Of a stretch of 64,000 nucleotides of DNA, positions 40,361 through 52,399 are shown one piece after another. Below the pieces are notes generated by a model that ran no database searches, was not told the origin of the DNA, and saw only the letters and a list, made by a program, of their open reading frames with translations. The DNA comes from Chiloscyllium plagiosum. Lineage: Eukaryota. The stretch lies in NCBI RefSeq assembly GCF_004010195.1, contig NC_057719.1, positions 68,289,873 to 68,353,872 on the forward strand, given 5' to 3'. Each line of letters opens with the position of its first letter. Within the stretch, counting starts at the first letter, position 1. A program made the translations under genes and the position numbers.

Positions 40361-41659
40361 ATTGGGCTGGATTTTCTTCAATTTCTTTAGGGCATTACTT
40401 ATATTTGTAGGAACTCTAAATTCGAGACAGGTGGCCTGTCAGCTCCAAGCAGAAGTATTACAAATATTTATCAGGTTGAATACAACCATCTAAACAATGA
40501 AGCCTTTCTCTTACTACATATCCACTGACCAATGAGGAGGCACAGATGTGCTTTACTTGATAGATGCCTGTACTCACTGGGCTTTTCAAAAAAGCCAAAT
40601 TGCTCTGCAGGTAAGCAAGTTGAGTCAGAGCCATTTGGAAACAGGCAGAAATAACAAAACCTGCATAACTCTACTAAAAGATTCAAGTGTTTTGACATTT
40701 GCTTTGATGTCATTTTTGGTTACGTAACAGTTCAGCTTTTTCAGGCAATTGCTGAGCCATGGTTGTTGATTTGATTATGGGTCTGTGCCATTTTACCTGA
40801 TCTCATTGAGCCAGTATGAAGGATGTGGCGGGCCTTGATCTGTCCATCTGGCTGAGGGGATGATGTAGGGGGTGGGAGTTAGAATGCATGGATGTACGTT
40901 TCTGCTGAGGATAGGTTTTTGCTAAGATGTGATGTCCTCCATAGTGAAGTACACTGAAGACACTTGTACGTGAGCAAATTACCAGGGAGCAATGGAAATA
41001 TGTAGAGCTGGAGCGAGTGCCTTCAAGAGAGAAAACAAAAACCAGTGGGCCATGGTGGTGAAAGCATCTTTTATTTTTGTTTGTGCAATGTAGGTGTTAC
41101 TCACCAGGCCAATGTTTATTGTTAATCCCTAATTACCTTGAAGACAATGCTGAACTGCTTTCTTCAGCCCACTGCACTTTAAACTTGCAGGGGAGATTTT
41201 GCTCAAGTGGTTAAATTAAGATCATATTAATACATTGTCAATGTGATCTCCTGCACTGGGTTCGATAGCCTCAGGGGTTTGGAGAGGATTTTATTTTGCT
41301 GATTGGCCCCAAGTTTCTTTCAGCACTTTTCTAGCCTGTCCCAGGAGATAATTTGATTGCGAGAGGGTTAGGAAGTGTCCAGTCACAATGCTAGAGGCAG
41401 CATGAATATGAAGCAGACATGATAGATCAGTCTGTCCTTTCCTGCCAGTCATTTTTCTGTGTTTGTATGTTTAACAAGGAGAAAATTAGGGTCTTTTCCA
41501 CATGATCATTGTGTCTCATTGTTTTTCTTGACTACCATTATCTAAACGAGCCACCAGCCTATTGGGTTTTGATCCTTTGTAATTTCCTTTTGGATCCAGT
41601 TCATTTCGGTTCTCCACTACTGTTCCCTTTTGGATGCCTACCGTCACTTTTCATTCATT

Positions 41660-42090
41660 GTTGTTATTTTCCCCCATTGTGCTAGGTTAGCTGCCCATTT
41701 CAATGCTTGCGCCGCTCTGCAATTGTTAGTGGAATTCTATTTGTCCGTTCATGCACTATTTTATTAATGATGAGGTCCTACTATTCAATGCCGAAGGTCT
41801 TTCCCATCTACTTAGTATCAAAACTGTCAATTGTCTTTAATATTTTATCCTCTCCCATTCCAGCTACATGGTCTACCCATTTGATGTGTCTACTCCACAC
41901 AGTAGTTGAAAATGGGATTCTTTTCGCTCATTCGTGCACCATCTCATTAGTGATGCGGTCCTGCTATTTGACACTCAAGATCCATCCAAAGTACTTAGGA
42001 TCAAAACTGTCAATCTTTAATGCTTCAGTCATAGTAGAGCTCCCTGGTCTGTATTCCTCACCAACAGCAGTGTAACTATGGAAAATCTCG
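41660..42090 (-). mobile_element. RTE-clade LINE C-terminal fragment with internal 183-bp tandem duplication
   Basis: Minus translation TEALKIDSFDPKYFGWILSVK*QDRITNEMVHE fits the RTE LD.F..KCLRRIL...W.D.ITNE.V motif; ATCAAAACTGTCAAT occurs at 41817 and 42000. Confidence 0.65.
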
Positions 42091-44125
42091 ATGCGTTCAC
42101 TCCTGTCATACAGATTAAACAGGCATTTCTGAGACCAATTTTATTTAAAATGATCTGTAACGTCCACAAATTTAACAAAAGAGAGTTTATTGATAAAATA
42201 GATGAATGTTCAAGTTAAGGATAAATAAAGTAATATTGTTTCCTCAAATGTTATAATGATTTTATTTTTATTATAAATTCTGAGCCTGTTAATGCAACCC
42301 GTTTTATTTTCACCTTGTCTTGAACATTTTTATTATGTCTCTTTGCTTCTAATTTGATACTTGGATTAAGTGTAAAGAAACTTCATTCATTTTTATGTGA
42401 GTGAACCATGGAACTTTCAAAGGCGAAATTGATTAAACAAATGGGGCAGAGGTTCAATGAATTTTGTGCCCTCTAGAGGCCAGCACAATTGTCCAAATCA
42501 GTGCAATTGACTCAACTAAAGCAAAACATTGGGATTCTAAATGTGACTTGTGTCTCAAATCATTTTTTTTATGTTACTGCAATCTTTTATGCTGCCTAAA
42601 GACTCTTTGTCCAGATCAAGCTAAACTGTTATGATGCCGAGTAAAACTTGTCAGCTTCCACTGATTACATTGGTTAAAGAAGACACTTTGCATTTTGTTC
42701 TGTTCTTTAAGCATTTGGGCAGTGGAAGATGCATTTTACTGTAAAACCCCCAGGTAAATCCTGACCATTAATTTATCGAGCACAGATTTTCTTAGTCATT
42801 TAAATAATTGGAAATTATTTTAAATCAGATTTCTTACTGGTGAGCAACAGCGCACACAAGAATAAGATACCTTTTTTGTGTGTTAACCATTCTCAGTTGT
42901 ATTAATAAGAACAAAGGTATGACTCAGTTTTAAAGATAAATCCTTGATGTATTTAAAAAAGAAAACAAGTAACTTTTTTGCATTCTTGTATGCTACTGAG
43001 TGAGTTAGTCAATGGAGGTTTTTGGGCTAAATATTCATTTGCCCAGTATTTTGATGCTTGGGATATGTAACCAATCTGAATTGGTTCGAGTGAAGTTAGG
43101 GAGCACATAAAATATGCTGAAGCCACATCTGCTGCTTACCTTGTCCACATGGTAATTGTTTTAGGTTGAATGGTATCCAGGTGTCTGGCTGCCTCTGCTG
43201 CTGGTAGCTCAGTAGAACAGTGCGAATAGCCTGTGATGTGGCTAGCCTTCTGTTCTTAGTGTCAGGTGAAGTTACAGGAGAAAAGATGCCATTTTCCTAC
43301 AGGGGGCCAGGATGGCTGGGATTGGAGCAAGCAGTGAATGCATTTTCAAATGAAATTCCTTACCTGATCCCCACCCTAAGCCCCTCAGTCACCAACCAAC
43401 AATCCCTGGAACTTTGAACTCCAGTCTTAACATCGAGATAGCTCACTGTTACACCTAGCTCAATGCTGCTAGTCTCTCACCCAATTTATCTACATCTCTC
43501 CAGCGACTTAGGAGTGCACAACACTTATTGCTACACAGTCATTGTAATTCTTGCCTTTCTCTCCTGCAGGGCTAGGCAGCACACAATATAAGAGAGTAGA
43601 AACTGTTGAGGTTGGGGTGGGAGGGTTCCTGAATCTCCTGAGCCTGACTGAGAGATGGCGCTCAATGTGATGCACTCGGCTGTGACAGTAGTCAGAGTTA
43701 CTAAGAGCAGCTCACTCTCATCCTGCTCTCTGGCAGTGTGCGAATTGTAGTTGTGTAACCAGAGGTTCCCTAACCCACATCCCTTCCATCCAACTGTGCC
43801 ATCTGCATTTCTACTTTTAAACACCTAGTAACTGGCACCTAACCTAACACAGCAAGTCCAATAGGAAAGAAAACATCAGCATAGGCTTGATCAAGACTCT
43901 GCGTCACATGATCTGATAACTCCAACCACCAGCTCAGGCATTGACTTTGCGCGTATCCTGGAGGTGAGAATATAGTGGAGATCTGCAAGTGACAAGTTAC
44001 TGAATACAATTGACTCCAGTCTGGCCGAGAGTAAAAGATGGCTTGTGTATCTGCTTTTGGGAGGTTGGGGTTGCAACCAAGCCTGCCATAGATGAGGACC
44101 TTGAGCAGATTGCATTTGGGATTGT

Positions 44126-44338
44126 AGGCAAAAGTGAGGACTGAGGTGCTGGAAACCAGAGTTTAGATCAGAGTGGTGCTGGAAAAGCACAGCAGGTCAG
44201 GCAGCATCCGAAGAGCAGGAAAATTGGCGTTTCGGGCGAAAGCCCTCCATTCCTGATGAAGGGCTTTTGCCCGAAATGTCAATTTTCCTGCTCCTCAGAT
44301 GCTGCCTGAACTACTGTGCTTTTCCAGCACCACTCTGA
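44126..44338. mobile_element. Penelope-derived fold-back mini-element (family 1) with hammerhead core at 44253-44280
   Basis: Inverted arms meet at ~44249-44252. Plus strand CTGATGA-A-GGGC-TTTT-GCCC-GAAA-TGTC. TSD ATTTGGGATTGT / ATTTGGGATAGT at 44114-44125 and 44339-44350. Confidence 0.85.
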
Positions 44339-44419
44339 ATTTGGGATAGTGTCAATGGACATCCACACCACAGGGCTGGTTGTAGGTCTACCCTTCCAAA
44401 TAGCCCCCAATCATTGATA

Positions 44420-44551
44420 AGGAGAATGTGAGGACTGTAAATGATGGAGAGTCAGAGTCAAAAAGTGTGGCTCTGGAAAAGCACAGCCAGTCAGGCAGCA
44501 TCCGAGGAGCAGGAGAGTCAACGTTTTGGGCATAAGCCCTTCATCGGGATT
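44420..44551 (-). mobile_element. Penelope terminal-repeat fragment (family 1)
   Basis: GGAGAATGTGAGGACTG..GGAGAGTCAACGTTTTGGGCATAAGCCCTTCATCGGGAT, with a decayed hammerhead on minus. Confidence 0.75.
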
Positions 44552-46518
44552 TGGTAAGTCAGTGGCAGAGAGCACAGAGGAATCCAGTTCTAAATCTGCA
44601 GAAAGCAATGTTCAGAGCTTTTCCTCTCAGCAGCTTCATTTCCCTTGTTGTGCTGGAAGTCCTGGGCCACTGTCACACCTGACACTGTCGCTGTCACACT
44701 TTACAGCCTTTGTGTCGATAGGTCACCATCTCTCCTCTCTCTCCGTGCAAGGATGGATGAGCGTTTTCTGTCGGGAGTTGTCTGCTCTGGGAACTCTCAA
44801 CAACACCAAAAACGCCCCAGAGTACTTCCAATCACTTTCCGATTTTCTTCTTCAATGCTACCTCATATGGAAGTTGGCTCCCTGGTACTTTTAACTGTTC
44901 ATAAAATGTAGGAAATTATTAAAATGAGGGGTGCCATTTTTAGATAAAAGCATTGCAGTATTGGAAAAAGTGGATGTATCAGAGGGTTCAATGATAATTC
45001 AGTTGGCTCGAGCTAAGGAACAAAAAGCATGCAATTACATTGTTCACTGTAATCCACATCAGTGAGCTTTTTAGATTTCATTGTGATATTACTTTAAATG
45101 ATCATGAGCAAATAATGGCACATTGTTTCTGTTCTCTGGCTAAAATAAATCAAACATAAAGATTCTTGATTCCTTTGAGATAGCCGCCATGACATGTGCC
45201 CTAACCCAAAACAACATAAAATGAGCACTCTGCTCAACATTTGAATGCTCCCTGCAGTGGTTCCTCTCTTGCTTGCTGAGTTCTGTAATGACTATGTGCT
45301 TGTCCATTCCAATCTAATACAAACACAATGTTATGTTCCAAACCACAGGACAGGAAAAGTATGAAAATCATACTCTGGCTACAAATGGTTCAGTTTCCCC
45401 TGTTCTTACCAGGAGGAAAATGAAATGTAATGAAAGCAACTTATCTGAAAGTTTAGCTTTTTGTCCCCATTCATACTGAGTTCATGAACTTATGTAAATC
45501 CGTTAATGGTTCTGATATAAAATTTCAATAAACATTTCATTATCTGACACCATTTCATGTTCTTTACTTTTAGTGAATGTATCTGCTGTATGACAGAAAT
45601 GAAAATTTTTACATGTTCTGTTATATTTCAATTGTTTGCATTGGATGGCAATTATTTATTGTAGAATTTATTTGACTGGGTTTTTTTTTTGCTCAAAGGT
45701 TTTGAACCTTAACTATCTAGCAGAAGATAGCTGCAGGAGAGAGTAAATGCCCCAGGGATCCAAGTGTGCATAATAACATTTGTATTTGCCTTTCTCTGAT
45801 GGGTTCGCTGGCTGTAGGAAAAGTCAACATGTGACTTTGTAAATGGGCTGCGCAATGAAACCCAAATTAACTTCATCACCTTGGGGAGATATCAGAGGGT
45901 CTTCAGCATTACATGCTGTACTGACAAGCACCACTTAAGCCAGCCTATGCTTCCCAAACAAGTATTTAATCTCCTCATTAAAGATATATGAAACGGGAAA
46001 TCGATGTGTACATCAACCATTGCTTTGTTAGTTAGAACCTCTTTGCCTGTCTAACTACTACACCTTGTCTAATATTAGAGACTTTATCCAGGATGTAGAT
46101 CTATTACATGTGTTGAAATACAGGTCGAAACATAAAGAAAGATTTTCAATGGTGTTTTCTGTGACATTTGGGCTTTTAAAATGAGTTAGAAATTGTGTAA
46201 AATAAGCATATTCTGTTATAAAAATCACTACTAGAGAAGATAAAATGTGCTGTATTTTCCAGTGAGCGTCAACACACCAATGTCAATCTGTGTGGAAGAT
46301 CAGGAGGCTGCCCTGTCTTCAGCATTTCTACTTGGGCAAATTGCCAGAAGGCAGCTTCTCAAAAGGGGTCTTCTGCAGTGACATTCCTGACATCAAAGGT
46401 CACATCAAAATGTTTGCATTCTTGTCAGGACAGGAGTCTCATCAGGAGAAGTGTAGGAAAGTTTGATGGCATGGGAAAACAGAGGTACCCTCAGCTTCCT
46501 GCAATGAAGTCATCAAAT

Positions 46519-46691
46519 GGAAAGTGAGGACTGCAGATGCTGGAGATCAGAGTCAAATAGTGTGGCGCTGGAAAGGTACAGCCGGTCAGGCAGCATCTGA
46601 GGAGCAGGAGAGTCAACATTTTGAGCATAGCTTACTCCTAATCCTCGGATGCTGCCTGGCCAGCTGTGCTTTTCCAGCACCACACTTTTGA
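46519..46691. mobile_element. Penelope-derived fold-back mini-element (family 1)
   Basis: Inverted arms centred at ~46625-46635; TSD ATCAAATGGA at 46512-46521 and 46692-46701. Confidence 0.8.
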
Positions 46692-47782
46692 ATCAAATGG
46701 AGTCCCCAAGCAAGACGTAGTTCCTCCCTTTGATATCCATGGTCCTGTCTCCCTCTGATAGCTACTGGCCTGCCACTGCAAGTACACCTCCAATGAGGTG
46801 GTGGTTTACAAAATGCATCATGGATTGGTCCAGTGAGGGAGGAGATGCTGTTGCTGACCTTAACTAGCCCCTAAATGTGGCCCGTTCATATCTGTGAAGA
46901 GGGCAGCTGACGCTGTTTCATATCCATCCTGGGCAGGTTTTCCAGAGGTAAGAATCCATTAGGGAGCTGTCAGAATCTGCAACCACCCCACCACCTAACT
47001 TCCAAGCCCATCTCACCTTCAACTCCATCACCATGGGGAGCTGGGAAAATTCAGACCAATGTTTGCCAATAGGAATGTGTATTTGATGGTGAAATTGATA
47101 TTCACTGTACAAAAATATGGTGTCTCTGGGTGGCTAGATAATTGAAAGGTGAAATTAAGGGCTGTGGATGCATGGAGTGCCATGACCTGCAAGTTCACCT
47201 TCAAGTTGCACACCATTCTGACTTGGAAATGTATCACTTTCTTCGTCAATTGTCAATTGGATCAAAATCCTGGACATCCCTCTTAGCCACCCTGTAGATG
47301 GGGACTGCAGTGCTGCAAGACAGTGTTTACCACCAATGTCCCAAGGCAACTTCGAAACGAGCAGCCTTTGCTGAGGTAACCATGTCCCAGGAATCAGTAA
47401 ATTAAAATAAAATGAATTCATATGCATACTGCAGGCTAGATTTTCCTGCAGGATTCACACTCTCACAGCTGACATCGAGCTGCAATCTTGAGTCTAAAGT
47501 TAGCTGCAACCCATTAAATCGAGCAATCTTCCAGGGGCAGCCTCCTGGTTAGCTCAGGTGCCACTGCTGTGTCAGGTGGGACACTGTGAAGATACCTCAA
47601 CATTGAGGTGCCTTTGTGGGTGTGCATTGAAAGTTAAAATGGTTGGGAGGGGAGTTGCCCAGCTCACCGAAGCAGAGGCCAAAGCTGCTTGGGCGCATTG
47701 TTTTGGCCGTGTGTGCGGGTTTCCAGCTGGCAGTCTCCCTTCATGAGACATTGAACAACTGATCTTGGTCCCTCAGTTAGCT

Positions 47783-48100
47783 AGGAGAAAGTGAGGACGG
47801 TAGATGTTGGAGATCAGCACATCACCCTGGGTCACTGCCCCAGGCATGGAAAAACTTCTAAATTAGTACTGTGCTCTGCTTGCCTTGTGGACAGCTTGTG
47901 GAATGAGAAAATGCTAGAATTGATCAACTTTGACTTTAGTACAGAGTCCCACAAGTTGTAGCTTGAGAGTACGGTGCTAGAAAAGCGCAGCAATTTGGGC
48001 AGCATCCGAGGAGCAGGAGAATCAATGTTTTGGGCACAGTCCTCCTGCTCCTCAGATGCTGCCTGACCTGCTGTGCTTTTCCAGCACAACCCTCTCAATT
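47783..48100. mobile_element. Penelope-derived fold-back mini-element carrying a captured 151-bp genomic segment
   Basis: GGAGAAAGTGAGGAC..GGAGATCAG head; inverted arms centred at ~48030-48040; TSD CCCTCAGTTAGC / CCCTTAGTTAGC at 47770-47781 and 48101-48112. Confidence 0.8.
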
Positions 48101-48985
48101 CCCTTAGTTAGCCCCAGAGTGATTGCCTCCATGAAATTACACCACTGTTGACAAACTAACAGCATGTCCATGACCCAATCCAGAAAATGCTGGAGGGAAA
48201 AAATGCCACTTATCAGCATCAGTATGGAAAGTCAAGCAGTGTTGACGTTTCAGTTCTTCTGAAAGGTCACTAACCTGAAAGGTTAGCTATACTTTTCTGT
48301 CTTTGCATAGATATTACTTGATCTTTTTCTTCAATTGTTGTTTTTGTTTTCAGATTTCCAGCAATTGCTTTTTGATTTGAGTTTGTAATCAGCTTAGTTC
48401 ACTCTGGATTGTTCGGTCTGGGCAGCTGATTGGATTCCCAGCCTGTATGCCTAAGGAGAACCTCCCTGTCACTGGCTTTATGTGTGTGAGTCCCTCTGAT
48501 GTGAGTCCTCCTGATGTGACCCCTGATCTTTTCCCCCTCCATCAACACTTGCTTTCAATATGGCTAGAATGGGGCCAGGAAAATTCTACTTCCTTTGTCG
48601 GGACTCAAGTAGACATCGCTTTTATTCCCTTCACACAACTTGGCATCCAGTAGTTTTGTTTGCGTTCTAGTTTGAATTCAGTGAACATTACGAGTTTGCT
48701 AAGTATTTCTCTGTCAATCTTCTCTTTTTGCTAATTACTTTTGTTTTTAAAATAATCAGTACGGAAACTACCCCTCCTCAGGAAACACTTCATGTGCCAT
48801 CTTAGGTCCCTGTACTGTCTTGATGAATATGCACCAGCACATCACCCTGGGTCACTGCCCCAGGCATGGAAAAACTTCTAAATTAGTACTGTGCTCTGCT
48901 TGCCTTGTGGACAGCTTGTGGAATGAGAAAATGCTAGAATTGATCAACTCTGACTTTAGTACAGAGTCCCACAAGTTGTAGCTTG
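47815..48985 (+). repeat. 151-bp dispersed direct duplication (47815-47965 = 48835-48985)
   Basis: Identical except T/C at 47930/48950; offset 1020 bp. Confidence 0.95.
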
Positions 48986-49864
48986 TCAAAATTTGTAGGG
49001 AAAGAGAGTTTCTGAGCTGCCATATTATCTTCTCTTCAGAAGTTTGATTGGCAAGGAAGGGGGTCAAGGGAAATGGTGAGAACTGTTAAAAAAAGACTTC
49101 TGCTAGAAAATAATATATGAGAGGTCATTAGGAAAAAAAACTTACGAATTTTCACGTGGGAATTGAAGTGTCAATGAAGAAGAATAACTTTTGTTTTTAA
49201 GGTAACCTTTGGCCTATCAAGTAACAGAAGCAAGTGTTGTTCAGTATGCTTGTGTTCAGAAGCCCACTAGATGTCCAAGCTGCTGTACTTGTTTTAAATT
49301 CATTTTCTCAAGAATGTCTTCATCCTCTCCATGTCAACTGTAGGTGCTGATGTATTGTTATTTCATAGGCAACTGTGGTCTCCAAATAACTTGGTAAATT
49401 GACTATCCTTGAGTCATCTTGACAGTGGGGAGGTTCTCCACATTAGAGGCTATGATAAAGCCTGATCTTGTTGTTGTTGACATCCATAGTATGTACTTCC
49501 AATATCAGGGTGTGGTTCAGAACAGGAATCCCAATTTACTTTCTCCTTTCCTAACACTGAAGCACAGCCAGGGGTTGAACTTCAGACAATAAAATCTTCT
49601 AGTTCTTTGAGCCAAAAAATCAGAAAAACTCAAAGTACAAACTCACTGCAACATTTGCTCAGATCAGTTTTCTTGAATATTTTTCTTGTAGCTAGAGACA
49701 TTCTTTTAACAATTCTTCTTGAAAACGTTTCCTGTCCAAGGGGAAAAAGATGATGCGATAAAAGCTTGCTCAATGTTAGCTGATCCTTCTCTCATTACAG
49801 GTTTCAGTTCTTCTATTCAGTTCTACAGTCACACCCTATTTAATCCATCATAATCGAAGCAGGA

Positions 49865-50063
49865 GACAATTTTTAACAACGTGGGATAGGCCATTTAAAG
49901 ATCTTAAGGTAGGCCATTGACAAATTTTTGGATATTAATGACATCAAGGGATGTGGGGATAGTGCAGGAGAATGTCATTGAGGTAGATTACGAGCCATGA
50001 TCTAATTGAATGACAGAGCAGGATTGAGGAGTTGAAAGGCCCACTCCTTCACCTATGTTCCTA
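49865..50063 (+). mobile_element. CR1 LINE 3' tail
   Basis: GAGCCATGATCTAATTGAATGACAGAGCAGG..GGCCCACTCCTTCACCTATGTTCCTA. Confidence 0.6.
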
Positions 50064-50301
50064 GTGAGAATAATATTCTTATTTTGACCTTGTTTCAGAA
50101 TTCCAAGAGAAAGAAAGCAACTAACTTAATTATATGCAGAATCTTTCAGTCTCAATATACAGAGATCCATTTACATCTTTGAAGATGGTGCTGAGCAATG
50201 ATAGAGGATTTTGCATTTTAGATGGAGATCTAGAAACTGTAGCATATGATTATTTATCATATGATCCACTGTTCCACATGATATGTGTTTCATAGCTGAA
50301 T

Positions 50302-50803
50302 CCAAAATTCCATGCAAGGACTGCCACAAACACTACGTAGGACACACAGGAAGAAAGTTAGCCACCAGGATACACGAACACCAGCTAGCCACAAAAAGAC
50401 ACGACCCTCTCTCCCTCGTAGCCCTACACACGGATGAAAAAAAACACCATTTCGACTGGGACAACACATCTATCCTGGGACAGGCTAAGCAAAGAAATGC
50501 CAGAGAATTCCTAGAGGCCTGGCACTCCAACCACAACGCCATAACAAACGCATAGATCTAGATGTCATCTATCAACCCCTCAGAAAACAAACAAGAAATG
50601 ACATCACCACAAACCCCAGGAACCCCATCCAGGAGAAAGATATAAATAGAAAGCAGGAGACAACAGCTTCGCTTCATTTGGAGGTCGACACTAATGATGT
50701 TACCTAGCCAGGTAATGAAACATCTGGATATCAAACCCACAGCTCAGCGAGCAAACCTACACCCTAAACCTCAACCTGAGCTACAAACCTTGACAAACCT
50801 TGC
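50302..50803 (+). mobile_element. 5'-truncated Penelope-like element (family 3) with GIY-YIG endonuclease
   Basis: KIPCKDCHKHYVGHTGRKLATRIHEHQLATKRHDPLSLVALHTDEKKHHFDWDNTSILGQAKQRNAREFLEAWHS is the Penelope GIY-YIG pattern. Decayed hammerhead CTAATGA-T-GTTACCT-AGCC-AGGTAAT-GAAA-CATC at 50691-50724. Confidence 0.9.
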
Positions 50804-51168
50804 ACCATTAATTTATTTTCAGTTCAGAATAGTCAAAGATTGACTTTACTTTCAAATATATTTAATCTAGAATTTAAAAGTTTATCGGGCAGTTTTTAGA
50901 CAGTCTGACTGTAGCCAGAAGCAAATGTAGATTCTCTGTCCTATGAAGGAGTTTTTCAGAGCAGTTAAGGAGATCAATTATTAAAAGATGAGAAAGTATA
51001 AGCTCTCAGTTTTGTGAGTAATCATAATAGAAATTTCCACAGGATAGAAACTAGGGAGGATCAGTTAAGTCAAACTTAAAATCTTGACACAAAGGGGTAA
51101 GCTTTTGCATTTGAATCTTTGTAAACTGATGTTGTTAGTAAATAGATTGAAAACTTTGTTTTGCTGGT

Positions 51169-52087
51169 TGTCATGACTTAAAAGAAAAAATAACACTGAA
51201 AATGAGTTCTATTGTTCCACAAGCCATTACAAAATAAATAAACCCTAATGAAATCACCAAAATGATCAATTTGTCTGACTGCTATTCAGAACAAAAGTAA
51301 TTTCTACCAAGTTATTATACCAAGATATATTAAGATGCTAAACACAGTTTACTTTAATAAATAGCTGAGAAATGAAATGATTACTGATCTTCTATTATAC
51401 AGCTTAAGCAATACATTTTTAAAATCCCAACAGCGCATCCCCCCGCAACACGCACATATACACACACATTCATGAATAAAATATTAAAAAGGACAGAATT
51501 TGACACTGAGTGGAGAAAAGTAGGGAACAAATACATAACAGGAACAAAATTCTGAAGAATAGAAGTCCAGATTACAGGGGTGTGTTTAAATTATCTCTCA
51601 CAGTTAGTTTCTTTGAGGGAATATTAACAATGTTGACATGCTTTTATTTATAAAAGAATGATCATTCTTCACTTTAGTAGTTGATCCAGTGGATCTTGAA
51701 CTTTTGTTGTTAGGATACATTCTTACTTAAGTTTCATGCCTTTTTTTTCTGCCTTTTCACTCACACCAAATAAGTGGAGAGAGATGTTTTCAGTTTGTTG
51801 GCTCTGGAGGTCTATGGCTACTTTGAGCTTACAGATCAGGAACCATTATGCAACTCAAGATCTGCTGTCAGGAACCCAAAAGCCTTTGGTGTTGCATAGA
51901 CTCAATATGTATCAACCTCACAGTTCCAACAACAATGTGGCCTTGCACAAAAATATAAAAATCATAAAATTGTGCACTCTTTTATTTTTTTCAAAGTTGT
52001 GAAAATATACTCCTCTTACTTCAACTGCATAGCTTGATTTCCTTTCCCTTTTATAGTTCCAGACAGAATAATATATTGTCCCTTACA
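51169..52087 (-). mobile_element. Solo LTR (family B) inserted into LTR A
   Basis: TG..CA termini (TGTCATGA..CTTACA) and 5-bp TSD CTGGT / CTGTT. Removing it restores a sequence colinear with 60783-60815. Orientation tentative. Confidence 0.65.
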
Positions 52088-52399
52088 CTGTTTGTTTTTA
52101 GAATTTTCTAAACTGTTTCCTTATCAAAATATAACTTTTTAAAATTTGTTTTCATCTTTTGGGGAGCAAACTCTCTTGTTGAGCAAATTCTGCAGCTTTG
52201 TGGGGCTAGGTTTATGATTACCATGTTAACTAAAATGAAATAAAACTATGATCTATCAAGCCAGGTTCCATTCTCGGATCTGACTTTTCCAGTGGGACCA
52301 TCAGTTTAGATCATAACAAGTAGCTATGTGCCAGTGTCACTCATAACAATGTTAAGAATCTCTTATAGAACTTTAACATATTCTGAAACCTCATTTGGA

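Larger units (their letters stand above)
50270..52318 (+). mobile_element. Solo LTR (family A), split by two later insertions
   Basis: 50805-51168 and 52088-52318 align colinearly with 60395-61002, e.g. CACAGGATAGAAACTAGGGAGGATCAG vs CACAGGAAAGAAATTGGGGAGAATCAG, and the shared end TATCAAGCCAG..TCTGACTT..TCATAACA. 5' boundary approximate. Confidence 0.65.

Noticed and set aside
40477..40616. Exon-like segment ending CAG/GTAAGC
   Set aside because: No open, recognisable frame; isolated consensus donors are expected by chance in 64 kb.
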